This document shows, piece by piece, positions 34,486-43,865 of a stretch of 64,000 nt of DNA. Source of the DNA: an uncultured Pseudomonadota bacterium (GTDB taxonomy: Bacteria; Myxococcota_A; Polyangia; Fen-1088); NCBI GenBank assembly GCA_963847705.1, contig CAWKBC010000032.1, forward strand, positions 256,001-320,000, written 5' to 3'. The position numbers and the translations under genes were made by a program. Below the pieces are notes generated by a model. The model was not told the DNA's origin, made no database searches, and saw only the letters and a list, made by a program, of their open reading frames with translations. The first letter of the stretch is position 1. Each line of letters begins with the position of its first letter.

Positions 34486-36566
34486 GAGCCGCCTCCGGTC
34501 CAGGCGATCCGGAAGCTGCCCGGCCAGCGCCGCAGCGACGAGGGGGTCGGATCGGCGCCGTGCCGGGGGACGAACACCAGCGGCCCGGTCTCCTCCAGCG
34601 CCGACGTCAGGTCGATGGCCGGCGGACGCACGTCGTAGCTGCGGCCGATCAGGATCTCGCCGAGCAGGATGGGGCGCCGCGCCGACCCGACCGTCTCGGC
34701 GTAGGCCCGCGGCCCCGACCTGAGGTGAGCGCTGGCCGCGCGGTAGAGCGTGGTCAGCTCCTCGTCGACGGGGCCGCGCCCCGCCTCGTCGAGGTGACGC
34801 TTGAGCGTCGCGACGAGCGTGTTGAGATCGGTCTGATCGTCGTTGTCGACCAGCGCCGGCAGCGCGTCGCGCGCCACGACCAGGAGGGCGCGCTGCCAGT
34901 CGGCCGAGCGCTCGGCCCGCAGCTTGGTCCGGTGCCCCTCCGCCTCGGCCGAGGCGATCAGGCCGCCGCCGTCGCCTCCCGACGTCGACGTCGAGGCCGT
35001 GGTCGCCGTTCCTCTCGCCTTGGCGTTCACCTTCACCTTAGACGGCGGGGGGCGCGCGACGGTCTCTTCCTGACCGGCCAGCAGCAAGAAGGTTCGCGCA
35101 AACTCGGCCCGGGCGCCGGCCCGGGCGGCGGCGACAGACTCGTGCGCCAGGTGCTGCAGCCGGCGCTCGGCGTCGGTGTCGTTGTCGTAGAGCCAGGCGT
35201 AGGTCGCCATCGCCGAGGCGTGCGCGCCGGCGCCCAGCGCCATCTCGGCGAACGCCTGGGCGCGGGAGAGCCGCTCGCGCGGGGGGCCCAGCGCCTCCAG
35301 CATCTCGATCGTCTCGGACGAGACCGGCGAGGCCTCGAGGGTGCGCAGGGCCATGTCCATCATGGCGCCGAGCGCCGGATCGGCCTCGACCTCGGCCCGG
35401 CCGTGCCGGTGCAGCGCCTCCCGCGCTTCGGCGATGAGCTCCGCGCGTCGGCCAGCGCGGGCGTGCGCCTCGACCTGACGAAAGGCGATGTAGCGGCCGA
35501 TGGCGTCGTCACCGTGAGGCGGCGCGCCCAGGATCGCCACGGCGTCGTCGGGACGATTGGCCGCGACCAGCCGATCGGCGAGCAGGAGCGCCAGCCCACG
35601 ACGGACGGCAGCCGGCAGGTCGAGTCGAAACGCCGCGCGCGATTTTTCCATCGCCACCGCGGGAGCGACCGCCGGGTCGGTGACCGCCGCCAGCGCGTCG
35701 GTGAAGATCGCGTCGGAGCGCTCGCGCAGCGCCAGCACGTTGTCGCGCGCGCCGCCGACCGCCTCGAACCGGGCCAGCGTCGCCACCGCCGGGGTGGCCC
35801 GGCCGTGCGACATCTCCAGCACCGCCGCCTGCAGCAGCAGCGGCGCCGTCGCCGGATGCTCCGATGGCAACAGGCCGGCGGTCCCCGCCACCAGCGCGAT
35901 CTCCGCGTCGGCGGCCGGCGCCGACGTCATCGGAGCAGAGATCGCACTGGCCTGGGGGCAACGGGTCACGAGCACCGGAACCGCCTGCTCGTCGCTCCAG
36001 TGCTCGCTCTCGATGGGCCAGGTGACTTCAGTCGTCACTTCAGTCGTCGCTTGGGTCGTCGCCTTGGTCGCGGCGCTGGGACCCTTGGCCCGGCCTTCGG
36101 AGCGCGCCATCATTCGGCCCGCTTTCGGAACCTCGGGCAGCGCCCGCGCGAGCCGCACCCGTTCGATCTGGACCAGACGCCGCAGCTGCATCCAGGGATC
36201 GCGCAGCGGGAGCGCGACCGGAGAGACCCGCGGAATGCGGCCCAGCGGCTCGCACCGCAGGAGCGCCAGCATCTCCGACCAGAAGTCGAGCGCGCTGTCC
36301 GGCTGGCCCCGCTCTCGGTCGGCGAGCGCGGTGAGCGCCACCTCGGCGATCGCCAGATCGCCGCGCCAGACCGCGTCGCCGGTCTCGGTGAGCAGATGCT
36401 CGCGCGAGACGGGCGCCGGTACCTGTGCCCCCACCCAGGGCGCGGGCGGCGCGGCCAGAGGTCCCCGGGCCGGCGCCGCGCAGCCGCCCGACGCGAACCC
36501 GAGGGCGAGCGCGAGCAGCGCGGTCCTCGAGATCGAGACCGGGGAGATTCGGCGCGGCACGCTCAC
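34482..36566 (-). CDS. Large alpha-helical (TPR-like) lipoprotein
   Basis: GTG overlapping upstream stop; ASGGC lipobox; Ala/Leu-rich helical repeats. Confidence 0.65.
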   Translation of the reverse strand: MSVPRRISPVSISRTALLALALGFASGGCAAPARGPLAAPPAPWVGAQVPAPVSREHLLTETGDAVWRGDLAIAEVALTALADRERGQPDSALDFWSEMLALLRCEPLGRIPRVSPVALPLRDPWMQLRRLVQIERVRLARALPEVPKAGRMMARSEGRAKGPSAATKATTQATTEVTTEVTWPIESEHWSDEQAVPVLVTRCPQASAISAPMTSAPAADAEIALVAGTAGLLPSEHPATAPLLLQAAVLEMSHGRATPAVATLARFEAVGGARDNVLALRERSDAIFTDALAAVTDPAVAPAVAMEKSRAAFRLDLPAAVRRGLALLLADRLVAANRPDDAVAILGAPPHGDDAIGRYIAFRQVEAHARAGRRAELIAEAREALHRHGRAEVEADPALGAMMDMALRTLEASPVSSETIEMLEALGPPRERLSRAQAFAEMALGAGAHASAMATYAWLYDNDTDAERRLQHLAHESVAAARAGARAEFARTFLLLAGQEETVARPPPSKVKVNAKARGTATTASTSTSGGDGGGLIASAEAEGHRTKLRAERSADWQRALLVVARDALPALVDNDDQTDLNTLVATLKRHLDEAGRGPVDEELTTLYRAASAHLRSGPRAYAETVGSARRPILLGEILIGRSYDVRPPAIDLTSALEETGPLVFVPRHGADPTPSSLRRWPGSFRIAWTGGGS

Positions 36567-37354
36567 AGCGTCCCTCCGGCGCTCAGCGCCGGCAGCGCTC
36601 CCCAGACCCCGATGGTGGTTCCCGAGCGCGACTCGAAGTCGAGGGTGACGGCGGCGTCCACCCGGACGAAGAGCTTCGGCAGGAGAAAGACCAGAAAGCC
36701 GAGGCCGGCATCGGTGGACGGACCGATCTCGCCGCCGTTGTCGTGGATCCCTCCGTGGGCAAACGCCTGCGGCTCGAAGTGGATCACACCGCCGAGGCCG
36801 CCCACCATCAGCTTGCCGTACCCGATCGAGTAGCGCGCGCCCACCAGCGCACGCCAGCCCGGCGGGTGGCTGTCGGGGAGAAGACCGTCGTCCGCCTCGA
36901 TCTGCTTGGCCGTGGCGTCGAGCGAGCTCCAGTCGTGCGCCAGCTGGACCTCCAGACCGAGCGGCTCGAGGAGATAATAGGTGGCGCCGACGCGCGCGCC
37001 AGGGCTGTTGTAGAAGTCGCCCCGGGAGAGGTATTCGAACCCGCCGTAGACTTGGAGCTGCTTGGCCTTGAGCGCGAACCGCGGCTGGACGCGGACCGCC
37101 GCCTCCGGCCGCGGGGCCGGTTCTTGAATCGCGCTTGCCGGCAGGGCGCTCACCGGCGCGTGGCGCGATGACGCGGAGCCTGACAAGGGTGACGGCGACG
37201 CCGGCAATGCCGCGGGCGGCGGCGACGCGGGCGGCGCCACCGTCTGCGGCGTGGCGCCGGGGGCCGCGGCGTCGGCCGCGAGAACCGGCGCCCGCCAGGT
37301 TCCGAGGAGAATGAGCGCCGCCAGCACCGACGCGGAACCGAGCCGGAGCATCAT
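36563..37354 (-). CDS. Myxobacterial/Bdellovibrio-type OM beta-barrel (GltA/B/H-like family)
   Basis: VRVQPRFALKAKQL..DFY..G...YYLLE..GLE and YGKL...IHF motifs. Confidence 0.75.
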   Translation of the reverse strand: MMLRLGSASVLAALILLGTWRAPVLAADAAAPGATPQTVAPPASPPPAALPASPSPLSGSASSRHAPVSALPASAIQEPAPRPEAAVRVQPRFALKAKQLQVYGGFEYLSRGDFYNSPGARVGATYYLLEPLGLEVQLAHDWSSLDATAKQIEADDGLLPDSHPPGWRALVGARYSIGYGKLMVGGLGGVIHFEPQAFAHGGIHDNGGEIGPSTDAGLGFLVFLLPKLFVRVDAAVTLDFESRSGTTIGVWGALPALSAGGTL

Positions 37355-39132
37355 TGCGTCTCCGCGCACAACGGGCTCGTCGCCCAGGAGGTCGCGCCGG
37401 TTCCATTGGTCGAGACGAACGGGTGATCGCAGTACGCGGTGCAGATCTCGAAGTCGACCGAGGCGCTCTCCGGCGTGAACGTGGGGCCCGGCTTCTCGAT
37501 CTCCGGCAACAGCGAGACGAAGTAGCCGGGAGGGTCGGACGCCGTGATGGCCCAGCTCTGGCCATAAAGACGCTGTCCGGACGTGAGGTAGACGGGTTGG
37601 ATCTGCGGGCTCGCGTCGCAGATCTTGAAAGAACCACCATCGTAGGTGGCGGCGTCGGCCGCCGACAGCAGCGGCACGGGGACGTTCTGATCGAAGATCT
37701 GGCTCGTGTAGGGGAGGTTCTGCGAGACGTACGAGGCCAGCGTCATCTCGAGCGTCATGTCGTCGGCCGAGATCCAGGGCGTCGACATCCACCAGCTCGG
37801 TCCGGTGGCCATGGCCCCGCCCGGGTTGAACAGCCAGGAATTCGTCCGCAGATTGTAGGGCGGAGGCGCCGTCAGCCCGTTGAAAAAGACCTCCAGCGAA
37901 TCGGTCATCGAGCTCGGCAGCGCGAAGTTCTGGTCGTTGAAGTAGAAGAAGTAAAACTGCTGGTACGTCTGGGGGTAGCTCGAGACGGCCTGCAAGACGG
38001 CAGCGGCCATGTCCGTCGGGTCGGGCAGCGCCTCGTTGGAGAACTGCGCGCAATTGGGCGCGCCGGCAGACGGGTCGGGGTTCTGCGCGAGGTTGAGGGT
38101 CCCCAGCTTCGTGTACATGCCGGTCTTCTGCATGTACTGGTCGACGAGCCCCTCGATCTTCAACCGCGCCGCGTCGCATCGCTCAGGAACCTCGATCTCG
38201 AGGTCGAAGACGATCTGGTAGATGACCGGCGACTGCTCGACCGGCGGGGTGAACGTCGTGTGCATGTCCACCACCTGAGGCAGCGTCGCGAGGCGCCCCT
38301 GCGCCACGGTGGGACAGTAGCCGCTGGTCAAACACCCGCTCCCGTCCATGGCAGGCGTCCCCGACGGGGTCGGCCGGATCCCGACGCAATAAAGTCCGCC
38401 GTCGCTGAGCGGCTGGTCGGCCGGGAAGATGTACGCCGGGGGATCGAGCGGTGAAAAACTGACGCCGGTGGGCACCGAGCTGACGCCGGTGGGCACTGAC
38501 TCCGGCACGCAGAGACCATTGGTCGGCCACATCGTCCGGTCATAGGGGCGCGCGTAGACATAGGGCGGCTCGAACACCACGGTGTCCGTGAGGGCCACGT
38601 GGACCTGATCGTTGGTGAGCTGGAAAAAAGGGGCCACGGTGAGCGTCTGAGCCTCGGTCCTCGCGGTGGCCAGCTCCCCCGGGAGTGTCCCAAAGGTGGC
38701 GTGAATGGCGACGACCGGATGGGGGGAAGGCGGGACGTAGAGGCCGGGCACGACATACTGGAAGCAGGTCCCCCCGTCGGCATCCGCGCAGGGCGAGGCG
38801 CCCCCCGGAAACAGCGACCGTGAAAAATCAATCGGATTGTCGGTGTTCTCGCCAAGAATCTGAAAGTGCAGGTCGTCCCCGAGCGCCGCGGTCGAGGAGA
38901 TCCTCCAGCGCACGATCGTTATGTCCTCTTGAGCGCTGTAAACCAGTTCGACTTTCTGGGGGGTATACGGAGAGGGAACGAACAGGACGTCGCCGCAACC
39001 CACCGAAAGCACGGTCACGGCCAGAAGCACAACCGCGGCCAATGCACGGCGGCGGGTGCGCCTACGAGGTTGGCGCGACCCGCAATCCAATTGGCGTGTT
39101 CCTTGCTGTGCGATGGTTTTAGGGGCGAGCAT
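37351..39132 (-). CDS. Cys/Pro-rich lipoprotein of unknown function, first gene of the motor operon
   Basis: RR-rich N-region and LSVGC lipobox; stop overlaps next ATG; start uncertain (39132 or 39171). Confidence 0.7.
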   Translation of the reverse strand: MLAPKTIAQQGTRQLDCGSRQPRRRTRRRALAAVVLLAVTVLSVGCGDVLFVPSPYTPQKVELVYSAQEDITIVRWRISSTAALGDDLHFQILGENTDNPIDFSRSLFPGGASPCADADGGTCFQYVVPGLYVPPSPHPVVAIHATFGTLPGELATARTEAQTLTVAPFFQLTNDQVHVALTDTVVFEPPYVYARPYDRTMWPTNGLCVPESVPTGVSSVPTGVSFSPLDPPAYIFPADQPLSDGGLYCVGIRPTPSGTPAMDGSGCLTSGYCPTVAQGRLATLPQVVDMHTTFTPPVEQSPVIYQIVFDLEIEVPERCDAARLKIEGLVDQYMQKTGMYTKLGTLNLAQNPDPSAGAPNCAQFSNEALPDPTDMAAAVLQAVSSYPQTYQQFYFFYFNDQNFALPSSMTDSLEVFFNGLTAPPPYNLRTNSWLFNPGGAMATGPSWWMSTPWISADDMTLEMTLASYVSQNLPYTSQIFDQNVPVPLLSAADAATYDGGSFKICDASPQIQPVYLTSGQRLYGQSWAITASDPPGYFVSLLPEIEKPGPTFTPESASVDFEICTAYCDHPFVSTNGTGATSWATSPLCAETQ

Positions 39133-39252
39133 GGGCAGATTGGTTGGTTGCCCCCGGCGCGAGTCAGGCAATATTCGTGCTCAGCAAAGCACCACTCGGC
39201 GGCACCAATGAAACGGGTACGCTTGGTGATTGTCTCTCAAATTTGTGAAAGC

Positions 39253-39762
39253 ATGATCAGAATGTCGCGCTCGAGCTTGTTGGCGGCTCTGCTCCTGGCG
39301 GTCGCCTTTTCGGGCACCCTGGCCGGTTGCTGCGGCGGCGCCCACTCCCACAAGTGCGACTTTACCTCCTTGGATAGTCAGAAAGATGGGGGGAGCGACG
39401 GGCCCATGATGTGTGGAACCGCGGGCGTCTGCGAGCCGCCGACCGTCTGCTGCGCCCAAAAGATCGCGCCCTACTTCAGCTGCGTCCCGCTGGAGGACTT
39501 CGGCCCCGACCAGTGCGAGAAGCCGCCGGACGTCGCCCCCGACTGCGAGGTGCCCAAGGACTGCGACAGCGGAAAGATCTGCTGCCTGCAGACCGCCGGC
39601 GTCCCGACGCTCAACTGCCAGCCGACCTGCCAAGGGGCGGGCAACTACCAGGCCTGTGTGACGGACCTCGACTGTCCCTCCCAGATGTCGGGCTCCTGCG
39701 GCGTCATCGCCGGCGGGCCCGACGCGGGCTATTCCATCAGCGTCTGCCCGCCCCAGCAGTGA
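39253..39762 (+). CDS. Small Cys-rich lipoprotein
   Basis: TLAGC lipobox; many Cys including CC pairs. Confidence 0.7.
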   Translation: MIRMSRSSLLAALLLAVAFSGTLAGCCGGAHSHKCDFTSLDSQKDGGSDGPMMCGTAGVCEPPTVCCAQKIAPYFSCVPLEDFGPDQCEKPPDVAPDCEVPKDCDSGKICCLQTAGVPTLNCQPTCQGAGNYQACVTDLDCPSQMSGSCGVIAGGPDAGYSISVCPPQQ

Positions 39763-40637
39763 CGTCCGGAGCCGCCAGGCCCTGGATGGCCTTCGCCGCC
39801 TGCGGCGCCATCTGGGGCAGCACGTTCCTGGTCATCAGCATCGGCAACGACGCGCTGGCGCCGGTGTGGGCGGCCACCCTGCGCCTCACCCTGGCCGCGC
39901 TGTTGCTCGGCGCCTGGACGCGGGCACGGGGGCGCACGCTCCCCCGGGGCGCGGCCTTGCGCGCGGCGCTGGGCTACGGCATCGCGCAGTTTGGCGTCAA
40001 CCTGCCCTTCCTTTACTGGGGCGAGAAGATGGTCCCCTCGGGCCTCTCCGCCGTCGTCTTCGCGACCATCCCCCTCACGAGCGCGCTCATGACGCGTGCG
40101 CTGGGGCTCGAGCGCCTGACGCCGGCGAAGGTGGCGGGCGCCGCGGTGGCGTTCGGCGGCGTGGCGGTGCTGTTCTCGTCCACGCTGCAGGCCCACGCCG
40201 CGCCTCTCGGGCTCGGGGCCATCTTCGTCGGCGCCACCGCCGCCAGCCTGGGGAGCGTCTTGCTCAAGCGAGGGCCGCGCCAGGATCCTTTTGGCGCGAA
40301 CGCGGTCGGCTGCGCGATCGGCGCCCCGATCGCGCTGGCCATCAGCTTCGCGCTCGGAGAGTCCCACGCCCTCCCCGCCACGTTCGGCGCCGCCTGGCCG
40401 GTCCTCTACCTGACCGTCGCCGGCTCGCTCGGTGCGTACGTGCTCATGTCGTGGCTGCTCAACCACTGGTCGGTCACGCGCACCGCCTACGTCACGGTGA
40501 TCGTCCCGGTGATTGCACTCGCGCTGGGGGCCGTCGTGCTCCACGAACGGCTGGCGCCCGCCAACCTGGGCGGCGCGGCCCTGGTCCTGGCCGGCCTGCT
40601 GATCGGCATGCGCCCCGAACGCGCGCGCGACGCCTAG
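39759..40637 (+). CDS. EamA/DMT family transporter
   Basis: AIWGSTF, ATLRL, PSGLSAV, PVIALALG..LHE; about 10 TM. Confidence 0.92.
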   Translation: MTSGAARPWMAFAACGAIWGSTFLVISIGNDALAPVWAATLRLTLAALLLGAWTRARGRTLPRGAALRAALGYGIAQFGVNLPFLYWGEKMVPSGLSAVVFATIPLTSALMTRALGLERLTPAKVAGAAVAFGGVAVLFSSTLQAHAAPLGLGAIFVGATAASLGSVLLKRGPRQDPFGANAVGCAIGAPIALAISFALGESHALPATFGAAWPVLYLTVAGSLGAYVLMSWLLNHWSVTRTAYVTVIVPVIALALGAVVLHERLAPANLGGAALVLAGLLIGMRPERARDA

Positions 40638-40697
40638 CTGCGAATTCAGGCTCAGCCTTAGGGCTGCTGGCGCGGCGGCGCTCTCACCTTCTTGGGG

Positions 40698-41858
40698 ATG
40701 AAGCGACCGGTCTTTGCGGGCCCCGGCCCCGAGCCGCCCCACGGGGGTCGCTTCTCCCTGATCGAGGGCGATCCGCTGTTCGAGCTGCAGCGCGCGGCGC
40801 ACCTGGCGGGCGGCCGCCATCCGGTCCTCCCCCGAGCGCTGACGCTGGCCCTCATCGGGTACCTGCCGCCGCTCGTCCTGGCGCTGGGCTTCGGCGCGGC
40901 GCGCGGCGCCCTCATCCCACTCCACACCCGCTTCTTGATCGCGATCCCGCTCCTGCTCTGGGCAGAGGGCTTCGTCGACGGCCGCGTGCAGAGCGCGGTG
41001 GCCAGCTTCACCGAGCGCGGGCTCATCAAGCCGGCCGACCTCCCCCGCTTTCAGGCGATCGTCGCGGGGTCAGAGCAGCTCCATCATTCAACGTGGATGG
41101 CGGTGGCCATCGTCGCGATCGCCTTCGGGCTCTCCAGCCTCGGCGGCCTGGTGGGCCTCACGCCGCACCTGCCGGCGGGGACGGCGGCGCAAGCGAACGG
41201 GCAGATGACGACCCAGACGAGGGCCATCGAATGTTGGGTGGCGTTTCTCAGCCTCCCGCTGTTTCGGATCGTGCTCTTGCAGTGGGTCTGGCGCTGGGCG
41301 GTGTGGGCGATCTTGATGGCCCGGACCTCGCGCCTCGACCTGGAGCTCGAACCGGCCCACCCGGACCTGGCCGGAGGGCTGGGGTTCCTGGAGCAGGCGG
41401 CGATCGCCTTCCTCTGCCTCCAGGTGGCAACCGGAGCCGTCGTCGCCGGCCGCCTGGCGACGAAGATGTTGCCGGTCCGGGAAGAGATCGCCGGCTTCAC
41501 CGTCATCACCGTGGCCATGGTGCTGGGGCCGCTGGCGCTCTTCTCCCGCAAGCTCCTGCGCGCCAAGCGACGCGGGGAGCTCACGTACGGCGCGCTGGCC
41601 AGCCGCCACAATCGCCTCTTCGGCCAGCGCTGGTTCGGCGGGCAGAGCCCGGCGCCGCTCGGCGATCCGTCCTTCTCCTCGCTGGCCGACCTCGGCACCA
41701 GTTACGGCGCGATCGGCCGCATGCGCCCCCTGCCGATCGGGCGCCTCTCCCTGGTCCTGCTGCTGGTGGTCTGCCTGGCGCCGGCGGTCCCCGCCCTCCT
41801 GGCCGGCGTGCCGCTGAACGACATGCTGGTGCGGGTGGTGAAGTCCGTGCTGCTCTGA
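40698..41858 (+). CDS. Hypothetical polytopic membrane protein
   Basis: Multiple TM; HTRFLIAIPLL, HPDLAGGLGFL, SSLADLG motifs. Confidence 0.75.
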   Translation: MKRPVFAGPGPEPPHGGRFSLIEGDPLFELQRAAHLAGGRHPVLPRALTLALIGYLPPLVLALGFGAARGALIPLHTRFLIAIPLLLWAEGFVDGRVQSAVASFTERGLIKPADLPRFQAIVAGSEQLHHSTWMAVAIVAIAFGLSSLGGLVGLTPHLPAGTAAQANGQMTTQTRAIECWVAFLSLPLFRIVLLQWVWRWAVWAILMARTSRLDLELEPAHPDLAGGLGFLEQAAIAFLCLQVATGAVVAGRLATKMLPVREEIAGFTVITVAMVLGPLALFSRKLLRAKRRGELTYGALASRHNRLFGQRWFGGQSPAPLGDPSFSSLADLGTSYGAIGRMRPLPIGRLSLVLLLVVCLAPAVPALLAGVPLNDMLVRVVKSVLL

Positions 41859-41862
41859 CCGC

Positions 41863-42306
41863 TCAGGCGGCGCGGTTGAGGACGGTCTCGATCGCCTGCT
41901 TGGGTACGGCGCCCCGGATCTGCTCGACCACCAGTGGCCCACGAAACAGGATCATGGTGGGGATGGCCTGGACGGCGAAGCGGGAGGCGGCCTGCGGATT
42001 CTCGTCGACGTTGAGCTTGGCGATCTTCACCTTCCCTGCGCGCTCTGCGGCCAGCGTCTCCAGCACCGGCGCCACCGCGCGGCAGGGGCCGCACCAGGGG
42101 GCCCAAAAATCGACCAGCACGGGGATGGGCGAGTCCTCGACCTCTTTCTTCCAGCTGGCGTCGGTGACCGTGACCGGCCGGCGTGGAAAGATCCTCTCCT
42201 TGCAGCGGCCGCAGGTGGGATCGTCGCCCAGGCGCGCGCGCAAGACCCGGTTCAGGCTGCCGCACGCGCTGCAGGCAGTGACCACCGATGTGCCGTCGTC
42301 TTTCAC
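41863..42306 (-). CDS. trxC: Thioredoxin 2 (zinc-finger thioredoxin)
   Basis: CSAC..NR..CGRC N-terminal zinc site and WAPWCGPC. Confidence 0.92.
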   Translation of the reverse strand: MKDDGTSVVTACSACGSLNRVLRARLGDDPTCGRCKERIFPRRPVTVTDASWKKEVEDSPIPVLVDFWAPWCGPCRAVAPVLETLAAERAGKVKIAKLNVDENPQAASRFAVQAIPTMILFRGPLVVEQIRGAVPKQAIETVLNRAA

Positions 42307-42447
42307 GCGTCCCTTATAAGCACCGGGTGGCGGTCGTCCATCGTTCAGCGGCGCCGTCGGTGGCGGGCCCGGCCGCGCCCTCGGCGATCCAGGCGGCGCA
42401 GAGCGCGGTGACGCAGGCGGGGAGCGGATCGGGGACCTCCCGACCGG

Positions 42448-43326
42448 TCAGTCGGCGTGACGACGGCCAGAGGCCGCGAGCCCGGCGCGCGCGCTCTGCC
42501 GAACACGCTCCGAGGGATCGCCGAGCGCGGCGCCGAAACGCGCTTCGGCGGCGGTGACGTCTCCCGCGTGCAGGAGCAGCCAGCCCAACATCACCGATGC
42601 TTCTGCGGCCCGATTGGACCCGGGATAGAGGGCCAGGAATCGGGTGAGCGCCTCTCGCGCTTCCGCCGGGTGGTTCGCCCGATCGAGCGCCACGCCCTTC
42701 CAGAAGGAAGCGTCCTCGTGGAGCCCGTTGTCGTTTCGCTCAGCGGCCGCTCGACCGAAGGCCTGAGCCGCCGTTTCGAAGTCATTGGCCCGGAGCGCGC
42801 TCCACCCACGCGCGAAGGCAAGCTCGACGGTCGCCCCCGATTCGCGCGCGGCCCCGGAGGTGAGCGCCAGCCGGCGGGGCGAGCGCGGGGGCGTCTGGTG
42901 GGCCTCGAGGGGCGCGGGCAAAGCCAGGCCGGGCGGGGCCAAGCCGGGCGAAGCCATCGGCGAGCCCGTGGGCGAAACCATTCTGGCCGGCGCGGCGACC
43001 TCGACCAGTTGGTGCGCCGGCGCGGCGCGCGTCCCGACTCGCCAGGCCGCCGCTGCGATGCCGGCTCCCGCCAGCAGAAGGGTCGCCACCAGCAGCAGGC
43101 TCTGCCGTCCCTGGCCGGGGAGACCGCCCGTTCGTCTCCTGCTTCTGGCGCGGACCTGACCGACGGGGCCCGCGCTGCCGGCGCCGTCGCCCACACTGGC
43201 CAGGAGCGCCGTGCGCAGCTCCTCGTGACGCGCTTCCGACAGAACCGGCACGGGGAGCTGCCTGGCGATCGCCAGGAGCTCGCGCTCGGTGCGCGGGCGG
43301 CGTACGTCGGCAGGCGACGCGCTCAC
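42448..43326 (-). CDS. Putative anti-sigma factor (TM plus C-terminal TPR)
   Basis: GTG overlaps sigma stop; single TM; FWKGVAL..FLALYPGS TPR. Confidence 0.65.
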   Translation of the reverse strand: MSASPADVRRPRTERELLAIARQLPVPVLSEARHEELRTALLASVGDGAGSAGPVGQVRARSRRRTGGLPGQGRQSLLLVATLLLAGAGIAAAAWRVGTRAAPAHQLVEVAAPARMVSPTGSPMASPGLAPPGLALPAPLEAHQTPPRSPRRLALTSGAARESGATVELAFARGWSALRANDFETAAQAFGRAAAERNDNGLHEDASFWKGVALDRANHPAEAREALTRFLALYPGSNRAAEASVMLGWLLLHAGDVTAAEARFGAALGDPSERVRQSARAGLAASGRRHAD

Positions 43327-43865
43327 GGGCGTCCCTCCTCGACCAGGACGCCGAGCGCGCGACGCGCCTCGTGGACCCGTCGGTAGAGCGTCCCCTCGGG
43401 GATTTGGAGCACCGCCGCTGCCTCTCGCCCCGAAATGTCCTCCAGGTCGCACATCACCAGGGCGACGCGGAGGTCATGCGGAAGGGCCGCCAGCGCCTCT
43501 CGCATTCGCTGCATGAGCTGCTGCTGCTCGAGAGACTCGTCGGGTCGGCCCGAGGGGAGAACGGGCAACTTCGCCAGGCGCTCGAGGGCCGACCGACGCC
43601 GAACCTCACCGCGCACATGCCGTCGCGTCACGTTGGCCGCGATGGCGAAGACCCAGGTGCGAACCAGGGCCGTTCCCTTGAAGGTCGCCGCGGAGGCGTG
43701 AATCGCGATGAACGTCGCCTGAACGAGATCCTCCAGCTCCTCGAGCTGGCTGCCCGCCAGGCGAGAGAGGAATCGCCACACGTGAGGCGAGAGCCGATCG
43801 TAGAGCGCGCCGAGCGCTGCGCGGTCGCCGAGCGCGCAGGCGGCCAAGAGAGCCTCGTCCGACAT
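43323..43865 (-). CDS. ECF RNA polymerase sigma factor
   Basis: DEALL..GDRAAL, EDLVQATF, TWVFAIA, EAAAVLQIPEGT; frame extends to an ACG at 43940. Confidence 0.93.
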   Translation of the reverse strand: MSDEALLAACALGDRAALGALYDRLSPHVWRFLSRLAGSQLEELEDLVQATFIAIHASAATFKGTALVRTWVFAIAANVTRRHVRGEVRRRSALERLAKLPVLPSGRPDESLEQQQLMQRMREALAALPHDLRVALVMCDLEDISGREAAAVLQIPEGTLYRRVHEARRALGVLVEEGRP

